Shown piece by piece: positions 1 through 18,481 of a DNA stretch of 64,000 nt. The notes under the pieces are model-generated. The model had not been told where the DNA came from and searched no databases. It saw only the letters and a program-made list of their open reading frames with translations. Numbering within the stretch: the first letter of the stretch is position 1; every line of letters begins with the position of its first letter. The stretch is from the NCBI GenBank assembly GCA_000708835.1, contig DF237005.1:202228-266227 (forward strand), written 5' to 3'. Source of the stretch: Klebsormidium nitens (Eukaryota; Plantae; Klebsormidiophyceae). The position numbers were made by a program, and so were the translations under genes.

Positions 1-285
1 CCGGGGGTGCTCTGGTTTCGTGTGTCTTTACCAACAATGCTTGTTGTGATTGGCCTGAGAACGAATGGTTGCGCACTGCTTTGCGCTAGTTGACAACCTG
101 AAAGTTTATCCTTACGCAAATTTGGGATACACAAAAGACGACCTCTATCATACAGAGCAGTACAGAGGTTCATAGGTGCACAATTGGGACAAGCTAAGTC
201 GCTATGCAGATTGGGCATTGCCTTAAAGTAGTAAAGGAAAAAACCGGATAAGAGCGCCACTAATCAGTTCTCAGGGGCCACTTGC

Positions 286-1810
286 CTCGTACTTGAAGTC
301 AGCTCCAGCTTTCAGGTCGCTCTCAACTGCACAGCGTGAAGGCAGCTTATGTTCTGGTTCTGTTCCATCTATGCTGACGTCAATTCTCACAGAAACAGCA
401 CATTTCCGGCTCCGAAGATGGAATCAAGTTTCTCTTTCACTCGGGCTTAAACTCACAGATTGCTCATCAAGACTGGAGCTTCCAAGAAATCCCGGAATGT
501 GAAGCAACGTCGATAGGGCCAGGACTGTAAGCTAGGTCGAATCTCTTTCCGTGAACAAAGCCACAATATCTGCCAAATTAGCCAAAGAAGAGAGTGAACA
601 AACAGAGGGACTTTGGCTGACTGCATGACACGGCACCAACATCGAACATCTGCTTGTCCAGCGAGAAGACCACCAGGGAAGCATCCATGATTTCGTCAGG
701 GGCGCCCAAATCGCCAGAGTTACACATTCAAAAACTATGGGGTGAGAGGCCTCGATAATTAGGTTAGGAGCTAAACTAACATCTGATGACACGCTTCCGG
801 CGTCTTGCCCAAGACCTCGCAGGGCTCAAAGTCGACGGCAAACCAAACCAAGGCAAACTAGGAAGTGAGTTTAGACAGGTTGACTTAGGTGGGTTAGACT
901 TACAGTTTCCTGGATCAATGTAAGCGATGGCCACCAAAAAGCCCGGCCCCAGGTACGCTAGCAGTTTCCGGAACCCCCGTTTCTGCAAGACAAAGAGGCA
1001 AGCCGAGTAGGATCAACCTGCGACATTTCCTGTGTACCAAGGGGCCAAAAAGGAATCAAAAAGGAGGGCAAAGGAGGGAGGAGGGTGCAGACTGGAGGAC
1101 AACGGGGCTTCCAAACCTGAACTAGAATGTGGAAATCATATAATTTGTAACTTTCAACATACAGATAAGGGTGACGCCAATAGTACGTAATCAAGATGGG
1201 CCGATTTAAACGAGTTAAACTCTCAGTCTTTGCGGCAGGGCGAGCACCTGGCGCACGCAATTTCTGATTGTATGTTTCCCACCACTCCAATCATTACTGA
1301 GGACTCCATCCTACGGTGACCCTGAATGATTTAATCATGTACATAAACAGTTGCCCTGAACCTTGCAACCTACCCTGGGAACTCCCCGTTCCCCCAGGTT
1401 AGAGACAGCTGCGATTGACGTCCAAAAAGGTGGTAGTCACAGACAGATGATAGCCACATTGGTTCCTGTTTGTTACAACAAATATGTCCAACTCTCTCAG
1501 TTCAAAGGGTGGTGGTCATGATGTGAGCTTGAGTGAAAAGTGAATAATATCGAGCAGATTACAGCCACGTTGTCATAACAAGTATAACCACTTTCCCCAC
1601 AGCAAACGCTCTGCTTGCACTCACATCCGGCACGTGGATCTGCTTCTGAGCTGGCCCTTCCTCCTCCTCCGCCCCGCGCCTCGCCGATTGTGACGTCATC
1701 GCCAGCACGTCCGCTGTAAGCGCGTCAGAGCTGGACCAACTGCCATTGTCTGAGTCTGAACCGTCCAACAACCTCTTCTTTCCTTGAACGTCTTGCACCT
1801 TGGGAGCCAT
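286..1810 (-). CDS. NRAMP: NRAMP-family metal transporter, 5' part; the gene continues off the left edge
   Basis: Exons 1810-1625, 982-904 and 326-286 join in phase to give MAPK...IHVPD|[26 protein letters not shown]|[14 protein letters not shown], which contains the NRAMP TM1 DPGN signature. The last visible donor is GC (gcaagt). Confidence 0.92.
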
Positions 1811-2757
1811 TCTTAGGTTAGGACAACGAGCAGGCAAATGCCAGCATTGAGCTCAAGAGACCTTATCCCCAAAGTCTGTTGATCATTGAATTTGACACAA
1901 GAGTTCTGGGCTGGCTTTGTGCGGAAGTTCAGTATGCTTCTTGAACCACGCCAACAAGCTAGAACTTTCCAGATCACAAAGATCGCGAGCAATTTGACGG
2001 AGGTGGTACACTCCTCTCGGCCCTGTAAACCTCAATCGAGCGCCTGGCCTTCGCAAACAAAAAATACTCGATGCCTGCCTCCTGCTCGAGTATCCTTGCA
2101 AGCGTTTATGAAGATACTATAACTTAGTCTATAACCGCCACCATCTCCTCCCCAAACTCATGCCAATGGTTGATGTCTGATCTTGAGCTGGCCCTTCCAA
2201 GTTCAGATCACTGTTGATCAGTTTTCAAAGAGTACGGTAGATACCACAGCATATTGCGGCAGACTGTTGATAAATGTGGATAGAAAACTGCGCAGCATAT
2301 CCTTACCCGAGGTGGAACATTAAATCCTTTAATAATACAGGACGCATTTCTCCTGCGAAGCAGAAATCGCGGAATTCGTAATGGCCACAATACTTTGTCT
2401 GTATACGAGGGATAAAATTGCTACATATTACCTTCCGATCACGAGAGCAATACCTCGGTATTGAATTCAGTTTGCTAGCTAGGTAGGTGCTTGCCTTTGC
2501 CATTGGCATTGGCTTCAATGCAGATAGACAGGTCCAGGTCCTCCATTCCCCTACCGCCACACCTAGTCACACTTTCTTTCACTCTCAGAAGAAACATGCT
2601 GAGCAGCTGAGAGCTGGATTCCTGGAGGCTCTCAAGTAAAAGCTTCATTGCACCTTGTTGTATGTCAAGTGTGCGGTGACTTATCACCTACACCAGCGGT
2701 CAAAAAGAAAATCCAAAAAGGCATCTTCAGAAGGGCTAATACGCAAAGGGCACGTCC

Positions 2758-5494
2758 ATGGCCCTGGAGGTACAAAGGCCTGTGCCCCACCCCATCTATC
2801 TAAATGTGTATGATCTGACTCCGGCGAATGGGTACTTCTACTGGCTGGGCCTGGGCATCTATCACAGCGGTCTGGAAGGTGAGTAGGTTTCACAGCTGAG
2901 CTTACTTCTTATCAACTTCTTTGTCTCAATAAGCATTCGTGAGGACCTTTGAACCAAATTCGTTCCATGAAAGCCCATATTCAAGAGAAGTTGACCCGCT
3001 GGTTTGTGCTCTGCTTCAAAGAACCCTATTTTTTGTTTAGGGATGTCTGAAACAATTTAGAGTTCCTTGGGGGAGAGAGCGGAGGGTGTGGCTGAGGGGA
3101 GTCGTTTTGCAGACTATGATTGCTAAGAATAAAACCGTCTGCCTTCAAACCACATCCCAAGTGTGCAGGTTAAACTCTACAGATGATCAGGCGGCCAAGT
3201 GCTTTGTTTTCAACAAGGCCCAATCAGCGCAAGAGTAGATTACTTGATACTTCAGAAAAGCTTTGCTTCTTGAGTTTAATTGAGCTTCAGGATGACTTTA
3301 CGGGGTTCGTTTTTCTTTCTATGAACTGGGGGAGTGGCGTGTATTTCACTTCACTGCCTCTATCAAGAATCAACAAGGCCTGGTTTGCAGTAAAGCAATC
3401 ACAGATTGAAACTGCCCCCCAGCTTAGGTTCACGGGACAGACCACACGTGTGGCGTCGGAACTTAGCCGTGCCCAATTTATTTTCAAAGTATCAATTTTC
3501 AATGGTCGAAGCCAACTGTGTTGACCCTAAAAGCTGAGGTCCAAAAGCAGGTTTTTACTCCCCCCTGTGAAGCATCTTCCCCTTGTGTAGTGGCCAACTT
3601 AAAAGGGGGCGTCACTGTGTGTGGTGATGTTATCAGTTTGTAACCAGGTTTTGCACTTTCTGGATCGATCCTCCTCGTTCCTAGGATTGGTTTCATTCTT
3701 TACTTACCCATTTGACATCCGCCCGCAGCCCACTACGTTGATAGGGGTGCGTAAAACTCCCAACTGAACAGCTTGTTTCCCCATTCAAGTCAAATACGCT
3801 ACCAGGGTTAAGAAGCGGGTTATCCTAACCTAGATTATTCCTTGCACAGCACATGGGACAGAGTACGCATACGGGGCGCACGACTACCCCACAAGCGGCG
3901 TGTTTGAGGTTGAGCCCAAAAATACCCCCGGGTTTGTATTTCGGGAAAGTATTGAGATGGGCACAACGAGCATGACACCCCGTGAGTTTCGGGGGTTCAT
4001 CGAGGCGGCGGCGGACGAGTACACGGGGGATAGCTACCACTTGATAGTAAAGAACTGTAACCATTTCACAGATGACATGTGTTACCGGATGACGGGGAGG
4101 CGGATACCTGGGTGGATCAATCGGTTGGCGCATATAGGTGAGGGTCTCAAGTAACTGAACTCGGTGAGCGGCAATATGCTCTGGAGTCGTCTTGATGCAT
4201 TGACTGGAAAGGAGGTTCCTTTCACTTCAATTTGGGTAGGCTTTACTGGTCCCAGAAGAATTTCTTGGACCGTTCAGAAGTACCTTCGAGAATTGACTAG
4301 TGCGCACAACTGTCCTAAGAACTCAAATCCATTTACTCGGTAAACAATCAACGAACTTGCTCTGATAGGCCATAGTACTTTGTCGTCTTCCTTCGAAGGA
4401 CGATGGCTGTGAGATTGTTCCACGTTGTCAAAGGAAGACAGCACCACAGCTTTGACGTTTTTCTGGAACCGTTTGCGCCTGCGATTCTTGTTATGAAAGT
4501 ATTTACCTGGTCCCGAGCAGGTGACAAGCGCCCGCATTCTTGCGGGGCGAGTTCGGTCTTTCCCTTGCATGAAACAAACCCTTCGGTCTTGGTCTTAATT
4601 TGGCTCTACGAATCACGCCCTTTGACTCGCAGACAAAAGGATGATCGGACCCTCCAGGTGGGTCTTCCTGGACCAAACTTCCAAGCGTTTGTTCCCCCCT
4701 TTTTCCAGGCTGGATCTTCAACTGCCTGCTCCCCGAGAGCCTCCAGGTCACCGCCGCGCAGCAAGAGTACCGCCCCGTCCAACAAAACACGTACACCAAA
4801 CTCCCAAAACCCCAGGCGCAACGACCGCGGCCGCCCCCCGAAACGGCCCCTGCCTGGGCCGTCCCGAGCGCCCGGGAGGGATCCCCCGGCGATGACGTCA
4901 GCGGCGCAACGTCAGCGGCGCCCATGTCGGTTCCCGGCCTGAGGCGGGCGCAGGCGGGGTTGTTGGACCCGAGCCTACCGCAGCTGCCGTCTTTGTTGAG
5001 CTACCGGTGGAAAATGGACGCAGGTGCGGTTTCGTAGCCTTGGCGTGTTCTTGATTATTTTTTGTTGTGCTTTTACCCCTCTTTTCTGAACGGGGACGTT
5101 CGATCTGATTTCGTCACGATGTTCCCTCCAGCCGTCCTTACGACTGGAATACCTGTGGAATATGGGCGCAAGCGGCTGCCATGCATCTTATCTTTTCTTT
5201 TCCTCGTACCTCCGTGTCTTGTTTTCATTGCTCGTTATCCTTTTCGTCGTCTTTCGCCCTGTCCTTGTTTTGATAATTTTGACCTTGTTGTCCGCATTAC
5301 TTGGGCTCTACTGTTCCTATCTCCAACGCTCATACGTAATGTAGGACTGACGATCTCCCTTTACTGCAGACGGTCTTCGGCCTCAGTCAGTCAACCGTCC
5401 GAGTGACAGCGAACGGTTACTTCCTACAGATGCGAGTGTGCCACAGAAGGACAGAATACTTGACACAAGGCGGTTACGAGACGGTGGAACTTGA
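2758..5494 (+). CDS. PPPDE/DeSI-family deSUMOylating/deubiquitinating isopeptidase
   Basis: Exons 2758-2878, 3850-4137, 4709-5023 and 5370-5494 are phase-consistent with GT-AG introns. Motifs: IYLNVYDLTPANGY, IYHSGLE (catalytic His), AHDYPTSGVFEVEPK, YHLIVKNCNHF (catalytic Cys), IPGWINRLA. Confidence 0.9.
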
Positions 5495-6450
5495 CCCCAG
5501 CTTGTGTGCTCGACTGAGTTTGTGATTGTGTTGTATTTGGTCAATGCATGGCTAGATATGCAACTGTAATGAAGTGCACTGACTATCAACGTTCCCGTTA
5601 ATAGTACAGGCTTCGGATTGTGCATAAGTCAAAGCTTGCGGTGATGATCGAAGTTGCAGTGCGTGTATATCATCATGTTGAGTGCACTGATCGATGTTAT
5701 ATGCAGCAACTCGATGTTGCCTTCCAATCTACCAACGCCCTAGGCGTCATTAATAGCCATGTTGAGCACGGCCGCCAATCGTTGTCAATGCAGTTTGTTC
5801 AATCATGGCTGATTCACCCTTCTTTATTGCATGGTCGCATGCTTTGTACGTTAAGAGATAAGGATATATCCCTGCTCGGCGCGCGCTAGAATATAGCTTG
5901 CGCGGCGTGTGTGTATATGGCTGAGGATCTGTGCACCCCCATCAAAATTCATGCACAGCGTACTGTAGGGGGATCGAGTAAATTGCAAAAGGACGATAGT
6001 CACTTCCTTTCCTGCTTTGTACCAATGCATGTCAGGCAGCTAGGCGATGAGATCTTGAACTTGCCATCATAAGAACGCGATACAAGTTCGAACTCAATAC
6101 ACACGAGGGAAAACGATATGGTGCATGGACCCATACCAACACAAATCTCTGGCTCTGCGCCACAAAAAAAGCACGATTCGCAGGTCAGGTTAGAAATACA
6201 TGTGGATTATTCTAGTCCTTCGACTCAGCACTCGAGTTGCTGATCCCGATCCGAACCACAAACTACCAACAACATGCACACCCCTTCGTTATTAGAACAG
6301 TCTTCATAATGAGCTGTCACAGCATCCCGATCCGCCAAAACTAGTACCTACCCTGCAGACTGCAATCACCAGCATACGATGGTACCTTCCACTACCTCAT
6401 TCCTCATGCAGCACACCCAGCGACAGTCCCCTCCCAGTCGCCAGCAACAC

Positions 6451-10513
<4,063 letters not shown>

Positions 10514-11155
10514 GGCTGCGAATCTGCTCGATCTACAAAGGGAGAATGCGCCTCAGGAGAGGCGGAAGAAAGATGGTGAAGGGAGAAAAGACAAGAAATG
10601 TGAGCTTTCCCTGGAACTTTGAGCACCCTTTGTATAATGCTCCCTAGCTGTGATCCGCTAAGTTGGCGGGCCCAAGCTACTGATGTCAGTGACGTCGCTG
10701 CAAAAGTGACGCTGCATTGCTCTGGATATTTTCCACTTTCCGTTTGACCGAATTACGATCCAACTTTCTTCGACGATAATTGTTTCGCCGGAGTTTGTAT
10801 ACCCATCGAATTGCCCCGGGTCGAAACTGAATCTTTTCGGCATCGAGCTTTGGTGGGCGCTTCTGCGAGAGATCTGCGAGGGGCGGTGTAGAGGAAGCCA
10901 GCATTGCGCATGGGGCGATAACGAGGGCGTTGCAATCACTCTACCTCTGAGTCTACCGTCAATTAACGGGCAAGGCGCCCTGCATAGCTTATGGGGAATG
11001 GTGATCCCTTGAGCTTTGTTTGAGCTCCTCATCCAAAACTCGAAGCTTGTCTTCTCGACATTCAATGGTGCCAGTCATCAGCAATGCGGACCATTGCCAT
11101 ATTAAATTCCTTGTAGACGTAATGGAGTGTGTTTGAGGATCATAGTTTTGCCGTT
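10514..11155. promoter_or_regulatory. Candidate bidirectional promoter region between SAHH and the methyltransferase gene
   Basis: About 640 bp separate the two divergent ATGs. The region contains a pyrimidine-rich 5' leader on the SAHH strand, a TATA-like element near 10631-10638, GGGCCCA (site II-like) near 10668 and GTGACGTC near 10690. Function is inferred from geometry only. Confidence 0.4.
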
Positions 11156-14100
11156 ATGCTCATTAAGCCTTGTACCTCTTCCGTCTGCCGCTTTCGTTGC
11201 AGCCCTTTTGTCTTCTCTGCGCTGCGCACATACGTCACCAACTCTTGCAATGCAGAAATTCTGAGAATTAGGGTTCAGACCGAGGATAGTGCCCCCCCTG
11301 AAGCCCCACAGCTGTCAAAGAGGCAAGCGAAGAAGCGCCGCCAGCTGTTGCTCAGAATGCAGATCTATCCACCCTCAGGGGACACCGTCTCGGAGTTCAT
11401 GCGGCAGAAGTATGAGCGTGAAGCACGTCGATACTGGGATCTCTTCTACAAACGCAACGAGGGCCGCTTCTTCAAGGACCGCCACTACCTGCACAAGGAG
11501 TGGGGGCACCTTCTGGGCGCTACCACCGCCGCTGATGTCAGCGCTGATATCACTGCTGATGTCAGTAATGCTGACAGCGCTGAGGCAGCATTGAGGGGTG
11601 GTGGTGCGGCGGAGAGTGGCGCCCTTTTGACTGCTCCGAAAGAGGACGTTCACAACCACGGGAAAGTAGATTCTGGCAATGGGGAAAAAACTAGAATGGA
11701 GAGCAGAGGGGGCTCGCATTCCTCAGTTGCGGTTTTGGCGGACGATAAGAGGGTGGTGCTGGAGGTTGGGTGCGGGGCAGGAAACACGGTGTACCCCTTG
11801 CTGCAAGAGAACCCGGCAGCCTTCATATATGCGTGCGATTTCTCAGCGCGGGCGGTGGAGCTAGTGAAGGTAAGCTGGTTGGTCGGCAGACTAAGTTAGG
11901 GTTCCAAACCCTAAATGTGAAATAGATCGCTTCTGATCGTGCCTGTTTGTTACTTGAGCGGTCAGTATTGCAATGTAATGTGGGCCATACTTTAGGTCAC
12001 TATGATGCAAAAGTGTTCGAAATTGGGGCCCTCCTCGAAGATATGCACATCTCTCATTTCCCTGGGTGTAGTGTGACCTTTTCAGAACTAGTTACCTAAC
12101 TACTGGTAGTCCTGAGGCCTTTGATGGACTTCAATCACTTTTCTTATCTGTGTGCAACCCCCAAAAGGAACCTCGAAAACGCATTTGATTTATGGATCCC
12201 GTAATGCACGCCTGACTGTTCTCACATTGATCACGTGCCAAGCTCTTGCAATCTGGATTAAGTAGCTCGACCGGACCCTGCAGGCGCACCCGTCATATGA
12301 TGCGCAGCGGGTGCACGCCTTCGTCTGCGACATCACGGAGGATGACCTCAGCAAGGAGGTCCCCGCGCAAAGCGCTGACATTGTCTCAATGGTGAGACCA
12401 CTTCCTGGCAGCATCAAGCAAACGCATTCTGTTGTATGCTCAGTATCGTCAAAACATAGTCCCTCGCGTGCGGCCACAATAGTTGCGAGTCTTAAACGAG
12501 TTTTAGCCCTTCCAGGTTCCTCAAAAGAGTCGAGTTTCTTGGTTGCAGCTAGATACACGGTTTTCTTCCTGTCCCCAGATCTTTGTCCTCTCTGCAATAT
12601 CCCCCGAGAAAATGCCGGCGGCGCTGCTCAACGTCGCCCATGTTCTGAAGCCTGGGGGACACGTTCTCCTTCGGGACTATGCAGAAGGGGATTTGGCACA
12701 GGTGGGTCTACTGTTTGTCTTTCGGACTTCTCAGCGATGCATGGCTGATTGCAGTGGAGTTGATGTACAGATTGCTGCGTTTGATTGTTCTGACCCGGGC
12801 CTCTCAAAAGTTAGTTTGTGAACCGTTATTAACCCAACCGCTTGCCAACGAGCATACACTATCGATACCCTCATTATTGAGTATCTGTTGGGTGTTGGTA
12901 ACCAATCCTCCTGCTTAAGTTTGCAAGCAAGGAGACTAATTTACGTGGGGGTTTCTTCACAGTTTGGTGCATTGTGTTGGCTTGATGTGTCGACATTAGC
13001 TGCACAGTGCGTGATGAACACTCTGCTGGAAAGAAGCATATTCATGGCACGTACTTTCTCCACTCTCCGCAGGAGCGGTTGACTGGAAAAGTCCAAAAGC
13101 TGGCGGACAACTTTTACGTTCGGGGGGATGGCACGGTAAGCTTGGTTACCCCCCCAACTTTGGGTGTCTGGTTCTGCAACAGAGTTTTTGTCCCTCTGTG
13201 TCGCTTAGACGCTTCAGGATAGGCAGCGGCTCTAATTTATCCACTCTAGATGACTTTTTGGGTCAGCAAATCCAAGTTGTTGGGTCGAGCTTGAGTATCT
13301 CGGTGTTGGTTGACAATTATCACCCGATTGCGATGACGAATCTGATGTTTTGTTGTGCATACCAACCTGTTCAACTGTTACACGATCTGGATATGTAGCC
13401 CAAAGGAAACTTGTAGAAAAGGAGGGTAAGGCCGCTCAAGAGACTCTGCTTGCAGACTATGACCTGAAACACGGATCTCACTCGCTCATTTGCATTCCGG
13501 CGCACTCATCTTTCTCACAATCTCCATTCTGAGTTGTTTTCTTTCTCTGCTGTAGAGGGCTTATTACTTCAGCGAGGAGGCCCTGTTGACACTGTTTCGA
13601 GGCGCGGGCCTAGAGTGCACGGATATAAGGGTGCACGAACGGGAGCTCGAGAACAGGGCCCGCAAAGTTGTCATGAACAGGTGCGCACGAAGCTTCGTTC
13701 TTCTTGTAGCAAGAGGCCTTCATTCTTGCACTTGTTGCAGACGATAGAGGGAGCAGAGCAGCGGCAGAGGTTGTGATAAGACGCGAGGGGACTTGCACAT
13801 CAGAGATGCTAGCAACGTCCCTTGAAAAATAACCAGTGAAATTTAGAAGGTACAAACGAGGACTGGGCTCGTGGTACGCATGGCAGCTGAGAAAGGTGTT
13901 TGGCCATTGGACAGCTGATGCTTGCTATGACATCAAAGATCATGAACCACGAGAGGATTGAACCAGGAAGAAGGCGATAAGCGACGTAGTGGGGCTGGTG
14001 CTCCTCGCATGAACCAGCGGTGTCGCCATCTTTGAACCAGTGGATTGCTGACAAGATTCTCAGAACCTTGTTTTGTCCAAGCTTGGTGATGTCCACGCCT

Positions 14101-16904
14101 GGGCCCAACATACCCCAGAATGACTAATTTGGTGCATCTTTCCTGCAGGCGATGGATCCAGGGAACGTTTCAAAAGGCGGGCGGTAACATCCCCTCCACA
14201 GCGTTACCGCTCGACCCGCGAGATGGCGTGTCTCGGCAGCTAGAAACGTGTACTATCGACTCCGAAAAACCGCTACCCGCCAATCGTCCAAACACGACTC
14301 TGCCACACAGCACCGCGCTCGCTTTTATCGACTTAGAAGGGTCCTCCAGAAAGCAACCGCTAGCCACGAACGGAGTACCGGGCAACCAAGCGAGCAGTGC
14401 CGTAGGAGACGGAACAGAACGGAACGGAATTGTGCACCTTGAGTCAGACGGGGAGTTTGCGCACGCGCAGTCGACTTCGTCTCTGACCTTGACCGGGCTC
14501 AGTTCAGGCGGAGACAACGGTGAAACGGAGCGGAAGGGGGAAGCACTGTCGGAAACGGAAGCCGGAACCGGACTTCGCTCGGAGGGGGAGTCGCGTGCAA
14601 CTGAAGACGACGGGGGGCCCTCGCTGGGTGAGCTGTTCAGCACCCCCCTGGAGTACGAGGTGATTGGCCGTGCCTTTGTTGAAGTTCGAGTCAATTGGTT
14701 TGAACGGAAGAAGGTTTGTTTTGTGCTTGTCCATGCGCTAAGGGGCCCCGTTTGGTAGTTCCTGGTGCTGAAGGACCCCCATCTACCTGTTCTTGTAAAT
14801 CGTGCATACAAGAGGCGTTCCGTGCTTTTTCGTGTGCTAAGGGGCCCCGCTCGACAAGTCCTGGTTTTGCGGGATTGCCCTCCTTACTTCGGAGCTGAAA
14901 TCGAGGGGCGCTTTGCTCTGAAAAGTTTATGCTGGATTCGCATCCTTTTTTCAATCTTTTTCAAACCGAGCCCAACCCGGCCCCAAACGGGGCCTGGTTC
15001 GCTGCGCCGCTGTTTTCAGAACATTCTCTCTCCACCCCCGATTTTCCTTGGCACCTTGATCCCGCCCTTCTTCCAATGCTCACGGCGCTTAAAGTTTTTG
15101 AAGGCCCCGTTTCTGAACCCCACGCCCCGCCTTGCAGTTGCGTGAGCTGGCGGTGGCGGGCAGGACCTTCCGGTACAGGGCCCTTTCGAACGAGCACCAG
15201 CACACGCAGCCCAGCACGGGGCTACTTCTGTGGGATTCTGCGCGGGTTCTGGCCGAGTTTCTTGCAGCCCATCCTCAGATAATCGCTGGAAGGTGAGGTA
15301 TTTTGAGTGCGGGAGACGTGTCCAAAAGACTTCCCTGTGAATTTCCTTCAGAATTCCACGTGGGTTCTGGCCGAAGTTCTTGGAGCGCAGCCTGAGATTG
15401 TAACTCGGAGGTGAGGGCAGCCATTCGAGCACGAGTGCGGGACACGTGTTCACTTGAGTGACCTACGCCAGTCGCAGTGAGACAAAAGCGAGGAGAGTCA
15501 GACAACTGCGCTGGACCCTGAACTCGGGCCCGAAAATCAGACCCTCAGACCGATGGGGTGGTTTTGAGGAGACCTAATGTATTACTGATGTTCTTTGGGA
15601 CTCTCAAACGCAACAGCAGACAAAACCTCAGAAGCAAGTTGTGTGATGCCATGCTAATGTGATGCTCTTGAAGAGGACCTGTGCGATGCCATGCTAATAC
15701 GCAACTGCTCATGGCCGGCAGAGAAAGGGAAAGTGAGGAGCACGTAGTGACTCAATTGACAGATCATTAAGGTTTTTGTAACTGGTAAGAAACGGTAACA
15801 CACTTAGACACAAACTTCTCAGAAGGCGCCCGTGTTTCTGCAGGCACGTTCTGGAAGTGGGGTGCGGCGGGATCGCGCTCCCTTCTACCCTCTCAGCCGA
15901 GCGGACCGGCGGAGTCGTGGCCACGGACGGCGACGCTGCGGCAATGGAGCTGTTGGACGCCAACATAACGCTGAATGCGGACGCCTTTGAGCTCTCCAAA
16001 CTCAGAGCCGAGCGCCTGAGGTAGGTCTATTTTGTGGCCTTTGCTCGTCCTCTCCTCTTTCGCCCGAAACCCCGAGGCCAAAAGTCAAATGGATTGAAGG
16101 AAGTCTAGAAGCATAAAGTGGGCGCTTCTACAACTGGCCTGTTTGGGCGGCTGTCCTTTTTCGGACATCCACTATATGAAGACTTTGAACTCTTGACAAA
16201 CATTGGTCGATTCATTGTCGTCTCGGGTTTTCTAATTGACGAAGCATTTCCATCTATCACTGCCGGAGGGTCCTATACTCTTGAGGCCGGTCCGGTGGTA
16301 ACTGGACCTTTCTACCGTTCGGATGCATGTTATTGAGCCTTTCGTATTACGCTTGTCTTTGCTGCGCTCCAAAAAGCCTTGCTGCCATTAAGGGGAAAAG
16401 GAGTGACAATTTTGTTCGCAATTTTACGGCAAGCAGAGCTACCTGCTTGTCCTATGATGCGCGCTGATGTCGCTGAAGAAGCCGAGCGTCTGGAACATGA
16501 AGCAAGAAAGTCATGTGAATCCTCGCAGGTGGGGTCATTCTGAAGACATTGCTCGAGTCCGCGGTCTCGCTGGGCCCCACGGGTATGACGTCATCATCGG
16601 GGCTGACGTCGTGTACGTCAAGGAAGCGGTGCCGCTCCTCTTCCAAACCGCAGCCGCGCTCCTGGCGAGGGATCCCTCACAGGAAACGGCCCCGGATGCG
16701 GACGTCATGCTGACGCCGCCACTGCTGCTGCTGTGCCACGTGATCCGGCGGGTGGCAGAGGGGGACATTTTGGAGGCTGCAAGACAAGCCGGGTTTGAAC
16801 ACCACAGGTTTGTTGAGTCTCCAGAAGGACGGGGTGCCCCTGGAGCGATCAGATTGCTCGCTTTACGAAGGACTCCTTGTGTCACTCAGTCGATCGCGAC
16901 CTGA
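11156..16904 (+). CDS. Two-domain SAM methyltransferase: METTL2/6 (Trm140)-like tRNA m3C methyltransferase plus a C-terminal family-16 (protein-lysine MTase-like) domain
   Basis: Nine phase-consistent exons: 11156 (or 11357)-11869, 12284-12391, 12579-12701, 13073-13135, 13556-13680, 14149-14659, 15138-15292, 15844-16020, 16529-16904. Domain 1: KYEREARRYWDLFYKRNEGRFFKDRHYL, VLEVGCGAGNTVYP, IFVLSAISPEKM, LLRDYAEGDLAQ. Domain 2: STGLLLWDSARVLA, VLEVGCGG, VVATDGD, GYDVIIGADVVY. Confidence 0.92.
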
Positions 16905-18481
16905 CCTCAATCCTTGACGCACAGGTTAGTGCATAACAGGGTCTGAGGATACGGACTTAGCTCAGCGAGGTGCAGATCATTGATTTTGAATGATGTGATG
17001 ATTAAAAGATGAAGCGAGAATCTTCAATTATCTGGACGTCGTGCCCGAGAACAGGACGGTCCAACATTGATGAAGTGCTGTAATGCATCCAGCTGCAATT
17101 TAATTGGACAGTGGCCTGCCGTGGAAGGCCTGTTCATATTCGACAAGTTCCTTTGAAGGATCTGGCCGCCTGAGTCCTTGGATTATGCTGATTCGATTGA
17201 GACGTTAGGTTGCGCGTCGACCGAAAACCTCCGAGGTCATCCCAGGTTTTTCAGCCAATCAGAGGCCTGCTTTCCATAAATCTGGGTTTGTAAGAGGTTT
17301 GCAACACTGAAGTGATTGTGTCGTCTACATTTATCATATTCGCATCTTTTCTGCTCAAAGAAGCCTTGTCGGCAATTGCTACTTCACATGGCCATTGCCC
17401 ACTTGCTTTGGCTTGAGCATTTTGGTGCAGAATTGGGTGAAATAGGGCGCACAGATGTGAAGGGTTTGCTGCAAACCTCTGCCGAAACAAAGGTTTTCTG
17501 AACCACGTGGTCTGACAACAGAAGAGGGGGGGGTGGTAGGTTTTCGGTCGACGCGCAACCTTAGCTGGTGCAATGGTGAGGCTGAGGGGCTTGTTTGTAC
17601 TATATGCGTGCATGTAGGTTTCGTCACGGTAGTCCGATTATTGCTGCAATATATAAACCCTCAGTGAGGGGCGCATGCTAAATCGTGTGATATAGTAAGC
17701 TTGGCGCATTATACATGCACATGTTGAATTAATTTATGGTGCACAGCAGATGCATGCAGCGTATTCAGCGCATGGCGGCCCCGGCCCGCGGTTTCTTGCA
17801 TGCTTGGTAAACGTCCTAGCTAGGTTCATATACGTCCGGCTAGTTGCAGCCTCCCTTGCATGCCAGCTACGGTACGTAGCTGAATAGCACTGACCGTCTG
17901 TCGTAAATCTCTTCTTGGTGGAAGGAGTGTCCTTTCACACAACCATTCGTATTGTTGCATTCCGTCGAACCAGCCATACGCAATTTTTGAGATGGTGGAA
18001 CATCTCATGTGCAATAACTGTTGCTTCAAACCTCATGCGCGTGCCTTCTGATCAATCTTGCGACGTTAGGTTGAGCAAGCTAGAGAAGAACCGTACAGGG
18101 ACGACTTAACTTACGCTAAGTTGTCCTAGTCAGCTACCTCACCTTCTCGTCAACGTTCTTATCAAGCGTCCTATCAAACTCCAGGAACGAGCAGAAGTAC
18201 GGCTACTTACAACTTACATCCTGTTCGATCGAGCATTCCAACGGCGTACTTGAGATTCTTCTCCCCCTGATGTCTCACTCCCAGTCATAATCACCACACA
18301 GGCTGTACTCTTACAGTGGCTAACGATATGGATCCCTGCTAAGTTAGCTCCTCACTCTCCTCCACTCCATGATCCGTATTCCACTTCCAAAAGCCACAGG
18401 TTTCGATCACTCCTCCATCTCTGCAATGCTTCCAATGATTTTCATAATTACGATAAGCTCCAGATTCTATCTTCGCAATTG

